Shown here in pieces: positions 17,938 to 28,655 of a DNA stretch of 64,000 nt. The stretch is from contig JAAZMP010000098.1 in the NCBI GenBank assembly GCA_012798755.1, forward strand, positions 89,016-153,015, read 5' to 3'. A model generated the notes under the pieces. It worked only from the letters and a program-made list of their open reading frames with translations. It did no database searches and had not been told where the DNA came from. A program made the translations under genes and the position numbers. This DNA comes from Bacillota bacterium. Lineage in GTDB: Bacteria > Bacillota > Dethiobacteria > DTU022 > UBA8154. Every line of letters starts with the position of its first letter. Within the stretch, counting starts at the first letter, position 1.

Positions 17938-18822
17938 CTATTTTTCGCTGAGCCTGATCGCAGATTCAACAGTATTATGAAGAAGCATAGTAACCGTCAT
18001 CGGGCCTACACCACCGGGAACAGGGGTAATAAACGAAGCTTTTTCAGCAACCGGTTCATAATCTACATCCCCGGCCAAGCGGTATCCTCTTTTTCTGGAG
18101 GAATCAGGAACTCTGTTAACACCGACATCAACAACTACAGCACCTTCTCTTACCATGTCCGCCGTGATTGCTTCCGGCCTGCCCATAGCCGCTACTAAGA
18201 TATCCGCCTGCTTTGTGTAATAGGCAATGTCTATAGCTCCGGTGTGCACTACCGTCACTACAGCGTTAGCACCTTCAGCCTTTTGCATCAAGATTGCCGC
18301 CAGCGGTTTGCCCACGATATTGCTGCGGCCACAAATAACAACATTTTTTCCCGAGGGATCATTGCCGGAACGAACTAAAAGTTGCTGTACACCATGAGGA
18401 GTGCAGGGTAAGGGGCAGGGTTCCCCCCTTAAAAGTTTGCCCAAGTTGACTGGATGGAAACCATCTACGTCTTTTTCCGGAGAAATATAGCTGATAACGT
18501 TTTCTACACTAATGTGATCCGGTAGGGGAAGTTGAACTAAAATGCCACTATATTTGGGATCCTTGTTTAAGTTATCAATAACCTTAAGTACTTCATCCTC
18601 CGGCACATCTTCCGGCAAACGGATCGTTTCTTCAAACATGCCAATTTCCTTAGAACCTTTTGCTTTGCTTGTTACATAAGATATTGAAGCCGGATCTTCC
18701 CCAACAAGAACAACTCCCAAACCCGGGACGATGCCCTTTTCCTTTAGTTCTGCAACCCTGGTTTTTAGTTCCGCTCTGATTTCTGCTGCCACTTCATTAC
18801 CAGAAATAACTTTTGCTGCCAT
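17938..18822 (-). CDS. folD: Bifunctional methylenetetrahydrofolate dehydrogenase/cyclohydrolase
   Basis: 294 aa with the conserved YVTSKAK...VQLPLP...GKNVVICGRSNIVGKP motifs. Confidence 0.95.
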   Translation of the reverse strand: MAAKVISGNEVAAEIRAELKTRVAELKEKGIVPGLGVVLVGEDPASISYVTSKAKGSKEIGMFEETIRLPEDVPEDEVLKVIDNLNKDPKYSGILVQLPLPDHISVENVISYISPEKDVDGFHPVNLGKLLRGEPCPLPCTPHGVQQLLVRSGNDPSGKNVVICGRSNIVGKPLAAILMQKAEGANAVVTVVHTGAIDIAYYTKQADILVAAMGRPEAITADMVREGAVVVDVGVNRVPDSSRKRGYRLAGDVDYEPVAEKASFITPVPGGVGPMTVTMLLHNTVESAIRLSEK

Positions 18823-19016
18823 GTGGTTACCTCCTTGATTTTTTGGTATACAAAAAACTTACGCTGAACATAGCCAAAAGCAAAAACAAGAAACCTTAAT
18901 GAATATAAACAAATATAAACACCATTAATAAACTTAAAACAAATAGTCAGTCATTCAACCAATTATATTTTTAAAATACTTACTGGTATATTATATAAAT
19001 CAGCAGCGCCTGTACG

Positions 19017-20435
19017 TTATAATGTTTGCAGGTAGCGATCCATGGCCCTAGCAGCTTTCTTCCCTGCTCCCATGGCCAAAATAACTGTTGCTGCTCCCGT
19101 GACGATATCACCGCCGGCAAAAATTCCTTTTCGGGAGGTTGCCCCCTCCTCGTCTGTTTTTATTGTATTTTTCCAACCAAGTTCCAAACCGGAAGTAGTT
19201 TGTGGAATAAGCGGGTTGGGGCTGTTGCCAATAGCGATGACTACTGTTTCCACATCAAAAACATATTCGGAACCCTCAATGGGAATTGGACGGGCACGCC
19301 CGGATTCATCGGGTTCACCCAATTCCATTTTGATACATTCCATCCCTTTTACCCAACCATCATCATCACCAAAAATCTTCACAGGGTTGGTCAATAAATT
19401 AAAGATTACGCCCTCTTCTTTAGCATGTTCAATTTCCTCGGCACGTGCCGGCATTTCTTTGTCCGAACGGCGGTAAACAATATGGACTTCTTCAGCACCC
19501 AATCGTAAGGCAGTACGGGCGGAATCCATGGCCACGTTGCCAGCACCGACAACAGCAACTTTTTTGCCAAGTTTGATAGGAGTATCCCAGTCCGGAAACA
19601 AGTAAGCTTTCATTAAGTTGGTTCTGGTCAAAAATTCGTTAGCTGAGTACACCCCATTCAGGTTTTCACCCGGTATGCCCTGGAACTGGGGAAGCCCGGC
19701 ACCAGAACCGATAAATACAGCCTGGAATCCTTCTTCAAACAGCTCGTCTACGGTTATGGTTTTTCCGACAACTACGTTTGTTCTTATCTCCACGCCCAGG
19801 CTGGCGATGTAATCAACCTCACGCTGCAATACCTTTTCCTTGGGCAAACGGAATTCAGGGATCCCATAACGGAGAACCCCTCCGGTGGCATGAAAAGCTT
19901 CAAAGAGTACTACTTCATGACCCATTCTGGCAAGATCACCTGCTGCCGTAAGTCCTGCGGGGCCGGAGCCGACAATGGCCACACGTTTGCCTGTTGATTT
20001 AGGTCTGGGTGGGGTTTCTACACCCTTTTCCAGTTCATAATCTGCTAAAAAGCGTTCCAACCTCCCTATAGCAACAGGCTCCGCTCTTTTGCCCCTTATG
20101 CAAAACGCTTCACACTGAGCTTCCTGGGGACAAACTCTTCCGCAAACCGCCGGGAGGTTGTTTTTTTCTTTAAGTTTTTTAATGCCTTCATCAAATTTTT
20201 TTTCTGCAATAAGTTTAATAAATGCAGGTATATCTACTTCCACAGGACACCCTTCCACACATTCAGCTTTCTTGCACTGGAGACAGCGCGTTGCTTCTTT
20301 AACTGCTGTTTCGGCATCATATCCAAAAGGGACTTCATCAAAATTTTTAATGCGTTCCTTAGGATCTTGCTCAGGCATAGGGTGCTTTTCTTTCATTCTC
20401 CGCAGCTGTCTAACTTGCTCCTTATCCAATGGCAT
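19017..20435 (-). CDS. nfnB: NADH-dependent reduced ferredoxin:NADP+ oxidoreductase large subunit (NfnB/SudA/GltD-like; two [4Fe-4S] clusters plus FAD)
   Basis: 472 aa with N-terminal Cys clusters (CLQCKKAECVEGCP...CGRVCPQEAQCEAFC), then GltD-like FAD/NADPH-binding domains (VAIVGSGPAGL). Confidence 0.85.
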   Translation of the reverse strand: MPLDKEQVRQLRRMKEKHPMPEQDPKERIKNFDEVPFGYDAETAVKEATRCLQCKKAECVEGCPVEVDIPAFIKLIAEKKFDEGIKKLKEKNNLPAVCGRVCPQEAQCEAFCIRGKRAEPVAIGRLERFLADYELEKGVETPPRPKSTGKRVAIVGSGPAGLTAAGDLARMGHEVVLFEAFHATGGVLRYGIPEFRLPKEKVLQREVDYIASLGVEIRTNVVVGKTITVDELFEEGFQAVFIGSGAGLPQFQGIPGENLNGVYSANEFLTRTNLMKAYLFPDWDTPIKLGKKVAVVGAGNVAMDSARTALRLGAEEVHIVYRRSDKEMPARAEEIEHAKEEGVIFNLLTNPVKIFGDDDGWVKGMECIKMELGEPDESGRARPIPIEGSEYVFDVETVVIAIGNSPNPLIPQTTSGLELGWKNTIKTDEEGATSRKGIFAGGDIVTGAATVILAMGAGKKAARAMDRYLQTL

Positions 20436-21286
20436 TAATTTCCACCTCCAGATATGCGTTCTTGTTCAAAATTTTCCAGGGCTATCTTTTCTTCTTCGAG
20501 ATATGTGTGGGAACGCCTTGTCAGTTCTTCAAAATCGACTTGGTGAGCATCAAATACAGGGCCATCTACACAGCTAAACTTTGTTTCGCCGCCTACCGTA
20601 ACGCGGCAGCAACCACACATTCCGGTTCCATCTACCATGATCGGGTTTAAGCTAACCAAGGTCTTGACATCATAAGACTTGGTCAGGTTAGAAACAGCCT
20701 GCATCATGGGCAGGGGACCAACAGCAACAATTTCATCGATCTCTTTACCTTTTTCTTCCAGTATATTTTTCAGAACATCTGTTACAAAACCGTGATGGCC
20801 TTTTGTGCCATCATCTGTACATACATGCAGTTCCTTGCTAACAGCACGCATTTCATCCTCAAGGATCAAAAGATCAGCTGTTTGTGCCCCTATGATGGAA
20901 ATGACTTCCATACCGGCATTATGCAATGCTTTCACTTTGGGATAAACAGGGGCAATACCCACTCCGCCTCCCACTGCCACAACCCGACCCGAGGCTGAAG
21001 GAAGTTCCATGGCCTTTCCCAGGGGTCCGACAAAGTCACACAGGTGATCTCCTGCTTCCAGGGTTCCCAACTCTTTCGTTGTTTTGCCCACTTCTTGATA
21101 AATAATAGTGATTGTGCCCTTTTCTTTGTCGCTATCTGCTATGGTGAGAGGAATTCTTTCCCCGTTTTCGTGAACACGCAGAATAATAAACTGGCCCGGC
21201 TCTGCCTTTCGCGCCACCAACGGTGCCTCAACTTCCATAAGTTTATTTACTTCAGATAGTACTTTCTTTGTAACAATTTTGAACAT
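20435..21286 (-). CDS. nfnA: NfnA/SudB-like small subunit (PyrK-type FAD/[2Fe-2S] ferredoxin-NADP reductase)
   Basis: 283 aa PyrK-like protein with a C-terminal Cys cluster (MCGCCRV...FSCVDGPVF). It overlaps the nfnB start by one base, giving the nfnA-nfnB order. Confidence 0.85.
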   Translation of the reverse strand: MFKIVTKKVLSEVNKLMEVEAPLVARKAEPGQFIILRVHENGERIPLTIADSDKEKGTITIIYQEVGKTTKELGTLEAGDHLCDFVGPLGKAMELPSASGRVVAVGGGVGIAPVYPKVKALHNAGMEVISIIGAQTADLLILEDEMRAVSKELHVCTDDGTKGHHGFVTDVLKNILEEKGKEIDEIVAVGPLPMMQAVSNLTKSYDVKTLVSLNPIMVDGTGMCGCCRVTVGGETKFSCVDGPVFDAHQVDFEELTRRSHTYLEEEKIALENFEQERISGGGN

Positions 21287-21420
21287 GCAAGAACCTACCT
21301 CCCCCTGTATCTGTGTAATATTTTTAATAACTAATAACGCTTAAAACTTCGCCATTATTGAAGAGAAATCCTTTTAAATTTCACATGCGAGATAATATTC
21401 GCCAATTCAGAAAATTGCTA

Positions 21421-22365
21421 TTAAATCGCCTCCCAGGTCCCCAACAAAGCAGCACCAACGGCATTGTCCCCCACAAAAGAAGGTTCCGGAAAAAAGAAAT
21501 TTAAAAAAGGCAAACCCTCGGCAAGGTATTTTTTAATATACGTGTTTGCCGCAACACCTCCTGTTACCAACACATTTTGTATTTTTTTTTCTTCAAAAGC
21601 TTTTCGTGTTACTTTTAAGAAAGACTGGGCTATACAGGTTTCTACCCCCCTGGCTGCTTCCTCCGGAGCAGCCCCTTTGTCAAGGGCTCTTTCTATAAAA
21701 GTGGTCGGGCCGGAAAAGCTGGTGTGATAGCCTTTGACAGAAACAGGGACTATCAGACCGCCTTTTTTACTTTGGGCGGCGAGTTTTTCCAATTCCTTGC
21801 CGGCTGGGAAAAAAAAGCCTAATTTTACGCCGATCCGATCCACAAATTGACCAGCGTTAAGATCAGTGGTCCCCCCTAAAAGCTCAATGTCTAATTTTCC
21901 CTTTGAAAAAACTACCTGTAAGATTTCCGTAGTGCCTCCGGAAAGGTGTAACGCCAGAAATTTTTCAGCAAAACATTTTGCGGACCAAATTCCTGCTGCA
22001 ATATGACCATCTTGGTGACTACAACCATAAAAGGGAACATCAAGCAGGAAGGCCGCACTTTGCCCAAAACTTTTTCCTATTTGAAAAACGGGCATATAAG
22101 AATCTTCAATATTACGTGGTTTAACAGAAGCAGCGATACCACACAATTTGTGTCCCGGCAAATTAGATAGCGCTTCCTCCCATAACAAAGGCATATTTTT
22201 CAGATGTTGAAAAACAGCTTCGCTTTGCCTTAGTCCTCTATTTCCTTTGGGTACCTTTAATCCTATCCTTTGTTCCCAAAGCAAATTATGGTCACCATCT
22301 GCTCCAGTTTCGACGATAGCCATGGAAGTAACATAATTTGAAGTATCTATTCCAAGAAAAAACAT
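21421..22365 (-). CDS. Kae1/TsaD/YgjD-family (ASKHA, M22) protein, divergent short paralog
   Basis: N-terminus MFFLGIDTSNYVTSMAIVE parallels the TsaD start MRVLGIETSCDDTGVAI. A partial metal-binding motif SHQDGH stands where TsaD has HHxEGH, and there is a C-terminal VLVTGGVAAN motif. Only 314 aa. Confidence 0.5.
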   Translation of the reverse strand: MFFLGIDTSNYVTSMAIVETGADGDHNLLWEQRIGLKVPKGNRGLRQSEAVFQHLKNMPLLWEEALSNLPGHKLCGIAASVKPRNIEDSYMPVFQIGKSFGQSAAFLLDVPFYGCSHQDGHIAAGIWSAKCFAEKFLALHLSGGTTEILQVVFSKGKLDIELLGGTTDLNAGQFVDRIGVKLGFFFPAGKELEKLAAQSKKGGLIVPVSVKGYHTSFSGPTTFIERALDKGAAPEEAARGVETCIAQSFLKVTRKAFEEKKIQNVLVTGGVAANTYIKKYLAEGLPFLNFFFPEPSFVGDNAVGAALLGTWEAI

Positions 22366-22371
22366 TTTGTA

Positions 22372-22782
22372 TTAATCGTCCTTTACACTGCTTTTTCTGA
22401 TCTTGTCCAAAATACCGTTAACAAAACGTGCTGCCTCATGACCCTGATATTTTTTAGCCAGCTCTATAGCCTCATTAATGGAAACCAGCGGGGGAATACT
22501 TTCATCATAGAGCATCTCATAAAGGGCAAGACGCAATATGCTACGTACAGTAGCCGCTATTCTGGCAAATTGCCAGTTAACAAGATGGTCGGAAAGTATT
22601 TTGTCGAGCTCTTTTTCTTTGCTCATGACACCTTCTACAATACTTGTACAATAAGAATGTTCCCGCGAGGCAAGATCGGTGTTTTCCAAAACATAATTTA
22701 AGGCTCCTTCCTGATTGTTGTTGCCCTGATCAATCATAAAAAGAGCCTTAAAAGCACATTCCCTTGAGAACCGTCTTTTCAA
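22372..22782 (-). CDS. nusB: Transcription antitermination factor NusB
   Basis: 136 aa, ARFVNGILDKI C-terminal signature, upstream of folD as in Bacilli. Confidence 0.9.
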   Translation of the reverse strand: MKRRFSRECAFKALFMIDQGNNNQEGALNYVLENTDLASREHSYCTSIVEGVMSKEKELDKILSDHLVNWQFARIAATVRSILRLALYEMLYDESIPPLVSINEAIELAKKYQGHEAARFVNGILDKIRKSSVKDD

Positions 22783-22854
22783 AATATCAAACCCTTTCGT
22801 TATCTGAAAAATAAAAAACCCCTTTTATGAGGTTGTTGAAGTTGTTTTATACTT

Positions 22855-23079
22855 TTAAAATCGTTCCCAAAAAAAGCGGATTTTGTCAAGCAAGCCCTGC
22901 ATACCTTCATGTTTTTCTGCTTTGGCACCAATAAATATTCCGGCTAAAATACAGATGATAATAAAGATCCCTTTCCAGAAGCCAAATGCCACAATAATTA
23001 ATGCCACAAGCAGCCCTAAAAAACCGCCTAAAACCTTGCCGAGATTTTCGTTAAGAATTTTTAAGAGGTTATTTCTCAA
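22855..23079 (-). CDS. DUF2273 small membrane protein (Asp23-operon associated)
   Basis: 74 aa with 2 TM helices, downstream of amaP and asp23. This is the conserved trio. Confidence 0.6.
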   Translation of the reverse strand: MRNNLLKILNENLGKVLGGFLGLLVALIIVAFGFWKGIFIIICILAGIFIGAKAEKHEGMQGLLDKIRFFWERF

Positions 23080-23091
23080 TATTTCACACCC

Positions 23092-23640
23092 TTAACGAAC
23101 GTTTTTCTTTATTATTTCCTGTGCTATATCTTCAATCAAAATTTTTATTTCAGCCACGCCCGATCCACATATTTCCTCAACATAATCTTTAACAGTAGCC
23201 TGCAATTTGCTTGTCAGTTCAGGAATAACAATATCAGGGAGAACCTTGATCCGCAGGTAGATAACCAAACCTTGCTCGGTGTAGCTGATACGCGTACTTA
23301 CCTCCCTGATACCCTTTACTTTTCGAGAAGCAGCCAGAACCATGTTTTCTATGGCTTTGAAAGAAATGCGCACCTCTCCTATTTCTGTAAAACTGACAAT
23401 GGTGCCCCCTTCTTTTCTTTCTGCTGACTGCATAGAAAAAGCCAAAAGAATCACGCCTATGAGCAAAATAACAAAACCTAAAACTGTGTATTGCAAATTT
23501 CCCGTAATGCGATAAAGTTTAAAAACAGAGAAAAGTGCAGTTCCATCAAGGACACCAAGAGTAGCCAAAATTAGAAACACGCTACATAACAAAGCTAAAA
23601 TACCCAGGACAGCAAGTATGAAACGCTTTCCGGCTCCCAT
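23092..23640 (-). CDS. amaP: Alkaline shock response membrane anchor protein AmaP (Asp23 family with an N-terminal TM)
   Basis: 182 aa with an N-terminal TM segment plus an Asp23/Gls24-like domain, adjacent to asp23. Confidence 0.6.
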   Translation of the reverse strand: MGAGKRFILAVLGILALLCSVFLILATLGVLDGTALFSVFKLYRITGNLQYTVLGFVILLIGVILLAFSMQSAERKEGGTIVSFTEIGEVRISFKAIENMVLAASRKVKGIREVSTRISYTEQGLVIYLRIKVLPDIVIPELTSKLQATVKDYVEEICGSGVAEIKILIEDIAQEIIKKNVR

Positions 23641-23758
23641 AGAAACTTATCTCCTTTCCTGCAACATTGAGCATAGGTTGGCAAAAGCCGGCCTCGCTCA
23701 TCCCACACTCAAGATTACTACTGCTTGGGAATAATGTGATCTTTATCTCCGGTGTCCC

Positions 23759-24145
23759 TTATTTTGTTGCCTCTTCGTCGTTTTTTTGTTGTGGAAAGCT
23801 TACTCCTTGTACATGAACATTCACACGTACGACTTTCAAACCGGTCATATTTTCGATCGCCTTTTTTACATTTTCTTGAACCGCCCAAGCTACATCCGGT
23901 ATGCGCGATCCAAAACGAACAATTAAGGACAGGTCCACCCCTGCTTCCTCTTTGCCAACTTCAACTTTTACTCCCTTTGACAGGTTTTTGCGCCCCAAAG
24001 CTTCAGCAAGCCCTCCGACGATGCCTCCACTCATACTTGCTACTCCATCAATTTCTATGGCCGCCAGCCCGGCTATAACCGAAACCACTTCATCGGCTAT
24101 ATGGATTGCTCCAAGTTCTGAAGAAAGACTGCGTTCTTCGTTCAT
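23759..24145 (-). CDS. asp23: Asp23/Gls24 family alkaline shock protein (YqhY-like)
   Basis: 128 aa with an Asp23 fold signature (GVASMSGGIVGGLAEALGRKNLSKGVKVEV), upstream of nusB as yqhY is in B. subtilis. Confidence 0.8.
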   Translation of the reverse strand: MNEERSLSSELGAIHIADEVVSVIAGLAAIEIDGVASMSGGIVGGLAEALGRKNLSKGVKVEVGKEEAGVDLSLIVRFGSRIPDVAWAVQENVKKAIENMTGLKVVRVNVHVQGVSFPQQKNDEEATK

Positions 24146-24232
24146 ATTCTTTCCCCCTAAGAGAAAAATATAATAAAATTACCATTTTTGTCTATTTATT
24201 ATACCAGATCATACCTCTTCATTTCAATAACA

Positions 24233-24943
24233 TTAGGTATTACCTGTAATTTTTTTATTTTGCAAAAGATCCGGCCTTCGTTTCAAAGTGCGTTTAAAAG
24301 CCTTTTCAGCACGCCATTTCCTGATTTTTTCGTGATCTCCTGATAATAGTATCTCCGGAACATGCATTCCTTCGTATTCGCGGGGCCGCGTAAATTGGGG
24401 ATACTCCAACAGGCCTTTAGAAAATGATTCTTCTTCCAGAGACGAAACATTTAAGACACCCGGTATCAGGCGGATGAGCGCATCCGCTATTACCATAGCC
24501 GGTATTTCTCCTCCGGTTAAAATATAGTCTCCAATAGATATTTCTTCATCCACTAGATATTTCCTTACGCGTTCATCTATACCTTCATAATGACCACAAA
24601 GTAAGATTATATTTTTTTCTTTGCTGAGTTCCTTTAACTTATTTTGTGTAAGCAGCAGCCCCTGGGGAGACATAAGAATTACTTTTCCTTTGGGCGGGTA
24701 TTTCTTTTGGATTGTTTTCACTGCTTTAAAAAAAGGTTCCGGTTTCATAACCATGCCCGCACCGCCGCCATAAGGGTAGTCATCAACCCGGCGATGCCGA
24801 TCATCAGAGAAATCCCGGAGATCGTGAATCCTGATTCTAACCAGATCTTTTTCCTGAGCTATTTTAATCATGCTTTCATCAAAGACGCTCTGAAATAATC
24901 CGGGGAAAGCAGAAACAATATTGATCAGCACTGTATCGCACAC
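24233..24943 (-). CDS. trmD: tRNA (guanine37-N1)-methyltransferase
   Basis: SPOUT knot motifs ([12 protein letters not shown]...[13 protein letters not shown]). Confidence 0.95.
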   Translation of the reverse strand: MCDTVLINIVSAFPGLFQSVFDESMIKIAQEKDLVRIRIHDLRDFSDDRHRRVDDYPYGGGAGMVMKPEPFFKAVKTIQKKYPPKGKVILMSPQGLLLTQNKLKELSKEKNIILLCGHYEGIDERVRKYLVDEEISIGDYILTGGEIPAMVIADALIRLIPGVLNVSSLEEESFSKGLLEYPQFTRPREYEGMHVPEILLSGDHEKIRKWRAEKAFKRTLKRRPDLLQNKKITGNT

Positions 24944-24972
24944 CTTGTCTTGCTTACTTTCAAAAAAACATT

Positions 24973-25521
24973 TTAAACATCTTCCAGGAGCCCCGCCGGA
25001 GGATCAAGTAATAAATAGCCTTTCCTAAGATTTATTTCCTTAACCACGCTTTTTAAAGCAGGAATAAGAATTTCTTTGTTGCCTTTCTTATTTTTTTTCT
25101 GAGTGACATCGCTCTCCGGGTTTATTATATAAACATCGTTACTGCCGGTTTTAAGTATGTCTTGGATTTGGCCTATTTTTTTACCTTCTACAGTAAATAC
25201 ATCCAGGCCAACAAGTTGATCAATGTAATAGCTTCCCGGAGGCAGCGGCACTCTTTGGGAAGAAGGTATGTTAACAAGCGAACCTCTCAATTTTTGGGCA
25301 TCTTCCCTGGTATGGCAGTCTTCAAATTTTAATATCCAGATATTTTTGTGTATGAAGGCCTTTTGGACATTCTTGGATTGGTGGATGCTTCCCCTTTTAA
25401 GTTGGACTTTTTTTAAAAGATAACAACGATCCAAAAAATCTGAATAAGGAAATACCTTCACCTCTCCTTTTATGCCAAAAGGAGCTATTATTTTTCCGAT
25501 AGTTGTAATCTGAGAGACCAT
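24973..25521 (-). CDS. rimM: 16S rRNA processing protein RimM
   Basis: 182 aa with PRC-barrel and RimM N-terminal domains, in the conserved rpsP-khpA-rimM-trmD cluster. Confidence 0.9.
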   Translation of the reverse strand: MVSQITTIGKIIAPFGIKGEVKVFPYSDFLDRCYLLKKVQLKRGSIHQSKNVQKAFIHKNIWILKFEDCHTREDAQKLRGSLVNIPSSQRVPLPPGSYYIDQLVGLDVFTVEGKKIGQIQDILKTGSNDVYIINPESDVTQKKNKKGNKEILIPALKSVVKEINLRKGYLLLDPPAGLLEDV

Positions 25522-25532
25522 TTGGTTTCTCC

Positions 25533-25763
25533 CTATTGGATTATTTCTACCATAACCCGCTTATTTTCTTTTACCGCGGCCGCATTTACTACTGTTCTGA
25601 TTGCTTTGGCAATACGGCCCTGTCTGCCAATGACCTTGCCCATATCTTCTGAGGCAACCTTGAGTTCAAGTATAACAGAACGTTCTCCCTCCACCTGCGT
25701 CACATCTACTTGTTCGGGAAAGTCAACCAGTGCTTTGGCAATATATTCTACAAGTTCTTTCAT
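25533..25763 (-). CDS. khpA: KH-domain RNA-binding protein KhpA (YlqC)
   Basis: 76 aa with a KH GxxG motif ([12 protein letters not shown]). Confidence 0.85.
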   Translation of the reverse strand: MKELVEYIAKALVDFPEQVDVTQVEGERSVILELKVASEDMGKVIGRQGRIAKAIRTVVNAAAVKENKRVMVEIIQ

Positions 25764-25859
25764 TGTTTTTTTTACTCCTCCTTAACCGCAGTTGTTTTTC
25801 TGAGATATTACAAGGTGGTTTCACGTTTGTAAAGTGGTGGAAGAGGCCATACCCTGCTG

Positions 25860-26111
25860 TTATTCTTCATTTTGTAACTCTGCTTTATTAAGCAAAGTTT
25901 TAACGGTATCAGATGGTTGTGCACCTTTTGAAATCCATTCCCGGGCCCTTTCTGCATCAATTTTTATTGTTGTCGGCGAAGTAGTAGGATTGTAGTAGCC
26001 TATTTCCTCAATAAACCTTCCATCCCTGGGAGCACGGGAATCAGCTACAACAATACGGAAAAAAGGCTTTTTTTTAGCTCCCATTCTCTTTAGACGAATA
26101 CGAACAGCCAT
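25860..26111 (-). CDS. rpsP: 30S ribosomal protein S16
   Basis: [35 protein letters not shown] is a canonical S16 sequence. Confidence 0.97.
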   Translation of the reverse strand: MAVRIRLKRMGAKKKPFFRIVVADSRAPRDGRFIEEIGYYNPTTSPTTIKIDAERAREWISKGAQPSDTVKTLLNKAELQNEE

Positions 26112-26135
26112 TTTAATACACCCCTTGCTTTGATT

Positions 26136-27473
26136 TTAAAAAGGGAACATTCCCTTATGTTTTATTTTTCCTTTTTCCAAGGAACTAACTTGTTTTAAGA
26201 TCTTTTTCATCTGCCCAAATTGTTTCAGAAGTCTGTTGACATCCTGTACGGTCGTACCGCTGCCTGAGGCGATACGGCGCCTTCTGCCACTGTTGATTAT
26301 TTCCGGCCTAAGTCGTTCTTTTTTAGTCATTGAGCTGATAATGGCTTCTGTTTTTACCAACTGTTTATCACTAAGTGAAATGTTTTTAAACTGCCTGGCT
26401 GCCTTGTTAAATCCGGGTATCATACCCATAATATTTTCTAAAGGCCCCATTTGTTTGATCTGTTGCAACTGCTCCAAAAAATCCTCCAAGGTCAAGGTCT
26501 GTTCACGCAATTTTTTTTCCAAGACCCGGCTTTTTTCTTCATCTACTACCTGCTGCGCTTTTTCCACTAAGGAAAGCACATCGCCCATACCCAATATGCG
26601 GGAGGCCATCCTGTCGGGATAAAAATATTCTAAAGCATCCACTTTTTCCCCGACACCAACAAATTTGATCGGGCAATCTGTTACAGCTTTGACGGAAAGA
26701 GCGGCCCCACCTCTGGTATCGCCATCCAGTTTGGTAAGAATTACTCCTGTAAGCCCCAACTGCTCATGGAAGGAACTGGCCACATTGACGGCATCTTGGC
26801 CGGTCATAGCATCCACTACCAGAAGGATTTCCAACGGGTTTAGTTTTTCTTTGAGTCTGCGAAGTTCTGTCATCAGTTCTTCATCAATATGAAGCCGTCC
26901 TGCAGTATCCAAAATGACATAGTCGTTTCCTTCCCTGCCGGCTTTCTTTAGTGCCTGCAATCCAATATTTACAGGATCATCTTTTCCTTTAGCGAAAACA
27001 GGAATGTTCGTTTCTTTTCCCAAAAACTCAATTTGTTCGATTGCAGCCGGCCGATAAACATCTGCAGCAACCAGCATAGGTTTACGGCCTTTTTTCCGCA
27101 ATAAATAAGCCAACTTAGCCGCAGTAGTAGTTTTACCGGAACCCTGCAACCCCACCAGCAATATCACTCCCGGGGGATCCTGCAACGAAGAAATTTTACT
27201 TTGGGTTTTTCCCATCAACTCGACCAGCTCTTCATAGACAATTTTAGTAACCTGCTGGCCGGGGGTAAGGCTTTTTAGAACCTCTGCTCCAAGGGATCTT
27301 TCTTTTAGCTGGGAAATAAAATTTCTTACAACTTTATAATTAACGTCAGCTTCAAGCAAGGCGAGGCGTACCTCGCGCAAGGCCTGGTCTACGTCTTTTT
27401 CCCTGAGCTTGCCTTTCCCCTTCAACTTACGAAAAGTTTCCTGCAATTTTTCGGATAATGAATTAAAAAACAA
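26136..27473 (-). CDS. ffh: Signal recognition particle protein Ffh
   Basis: N, G (GLQGSGKTTT, DTAGR, TKLD) and M domains. Confidence 0.97.
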   Translation of the reverse strand: MFFNSLSEKLQETFRKLKGKGKLREKDVDQALREVRLALLEADVNYKVVRNFISQLKERSLGAEVLKSLTPGQQVTKIVYEELVELMGKTQSKISSLQDPPGVILLVGLQGSGKTTTAAKLAYLLRKKGRKPMLVAADVYRPAAIEQIEFLGKETNIPVFAKGKDDPVNIGLQALKKAGREGNDYVILDTAGRLHIDEELMTELRRLKEKLNPLEILLVVDAMTGQDAVNVASSFHEQLGLTGVILTKLDGDTRGGAALSVKAVTDCPIKFVGVGEKVDALEYFYPDRMASRILGMGDVLSLVEKAQQVVDEEKSRVLEKKLREQTLTLEDFLEQLQQIKQMGPLENIMGMIPGFNKAARQFKNISLSDKQLVKTEAIISSMTKKERLRPEIINSGRRRRIASGSGTTVQDVNRLLKQFGQMKKILKQVSSLEKGKIKHKGMFPF

Positions 27474-27731
27474 AGTTACGCCCGGTAAAAATCCAGGGCT
27501 GCCTCCTTATTTTAAAATTACGCAAGCAAAAAACAAAACATTTGTGAAAACAGTACAGAAAAAGTCCCGAATCCTGTCATTTTGAAATTTCATAAACATA
27601 ACATTTATACACTATTCCAGCCCTAAAGTAAACACCTTGCCGCAACTTTGCTTCAAAAACGGTAACTGCTGCACCAGAAGTGGCAGGCCGGCAGTTCAAC
27701 CCCCTGGCAATTTGTGCATTGCCCTTAACAA

Positions 27732-28637
27732 TCAAGAAAAAAGGGCTTCTACAAACTTTGGAGCATTAAAGGCCTGCAGATCCTCTTTTTTTTCCCCCAC
27801 TCCCACTAATTTTAAAGGAATTCCCGTCAAATCTTTTACAGCAAGTACAATCCCGCCCCGTGCCGTTCCATCAAGTTTAGTAAGGATCAAACCGGAAACA
27901 GGTACGGCATCTTGAAAATAACGCGCTTGGGATATCGCATTTTGGCCGGTAATTGCATCCAGTACCAGTAAAATTTCATGTGGTGCATGGGGAAGAGTTT
28001 TATTAATCACCCTATGAATCTTTTTTACTTCCTCCAACAAATTTGCTTTGGTATGCAGCCGTCCCGCAGTATCACAGAGCAAAATATCTGCCTTGCGTGC
28101 TATAGAAGCATTCACGGCATCATAGATAACAGCTGAGGGATCTCCGCCCCCTTGGTGTTTAATTACTTCTGCCCCCACAATGTTTGACCATTCATCCAGC
28201 TGTTCTATGGCAGCGGCTCGAAAAGTATCACCGGCAGCCAGCAAAACTTTTTTCCCTTCCTGGGTAAACCGGTACGCCATTTTGGCAATGCTTGTCGTTT
28301 TACCTACACCATTCACACCCAAAATCAAAAAAATTGTTGGTGGTTCCGGCGCCAAAACAAGATCGGTATTATGTTGACTATTTAATATTTCCACCAGAAG
28401 ATCCTTAAGAATATCTTGGGCGGTAGAGCGTTTGTTTACCTTTAGTTTTTTTAAGCGATCCTTTAATGAGTCGATTATTTTCATTGTTGTCTCTACGCCA
28501 ACATCGGCTGTCAATAGGATTTCTTCCAATTCATCGTAAAATTCATGATTAATTTCCTTATTCCCAAAAAGAGAACCGAATCTGCTTTTAAAAGCCTCCC
28601 TGGTTCTAAGTAAACCTTTAAGAAATTTATCTAACAT
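27732..28637 (-). CDS. ftsY: SRP receptor FtsY (NG domains only; no acidic A domain)
   Basis: GVNGVGKTTS, DTAGR and TKLDG motifs in a 301-aa short Clostridial-type FtsY. Confidence 0.95.
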   Translation of the reverse strand: MLDKFLKGLLRTREAFKSRFGSLFGNKEINHEFYDELEEILLTADVGVETTMKIIDSLKDRLKKLKVNKRSTAQDILKDLLVEILNSQHNTDLVLAPEPPTIFLILGVNGVGKTTSIAKMAYRFTQEGKKVLLAAGDTFRAAAIEQLDEWSNIVGAEVIKHQGGGDPSAVIYDAVNASIARKADILLCDTAGRLHTKANLLEEVKKIHRVINKTLPHAPHEILLVLDAITGQNAISQARYFQDAVPVSGLILTKLDGTARGGIVLAVKDLTGIPLKLVGVGEKKEDLQAFNAPKFVEALFS

Positions 28638-28655
28638 AGCCCACCCTCATCCCTG

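Noticed and set aside
27474-27731. Looked for ylxM (the small ORF usually found between ftsY and ffh in Firmicutes)
   Set aside because: No minus-strand ORF of 60 aa or more in the 258-nt spacer. The + strand ORF 27637..27915 overlaps ftsY antisense. A small hairpin (GGCAAT...ATTGCC) is present but is not notable by itself.
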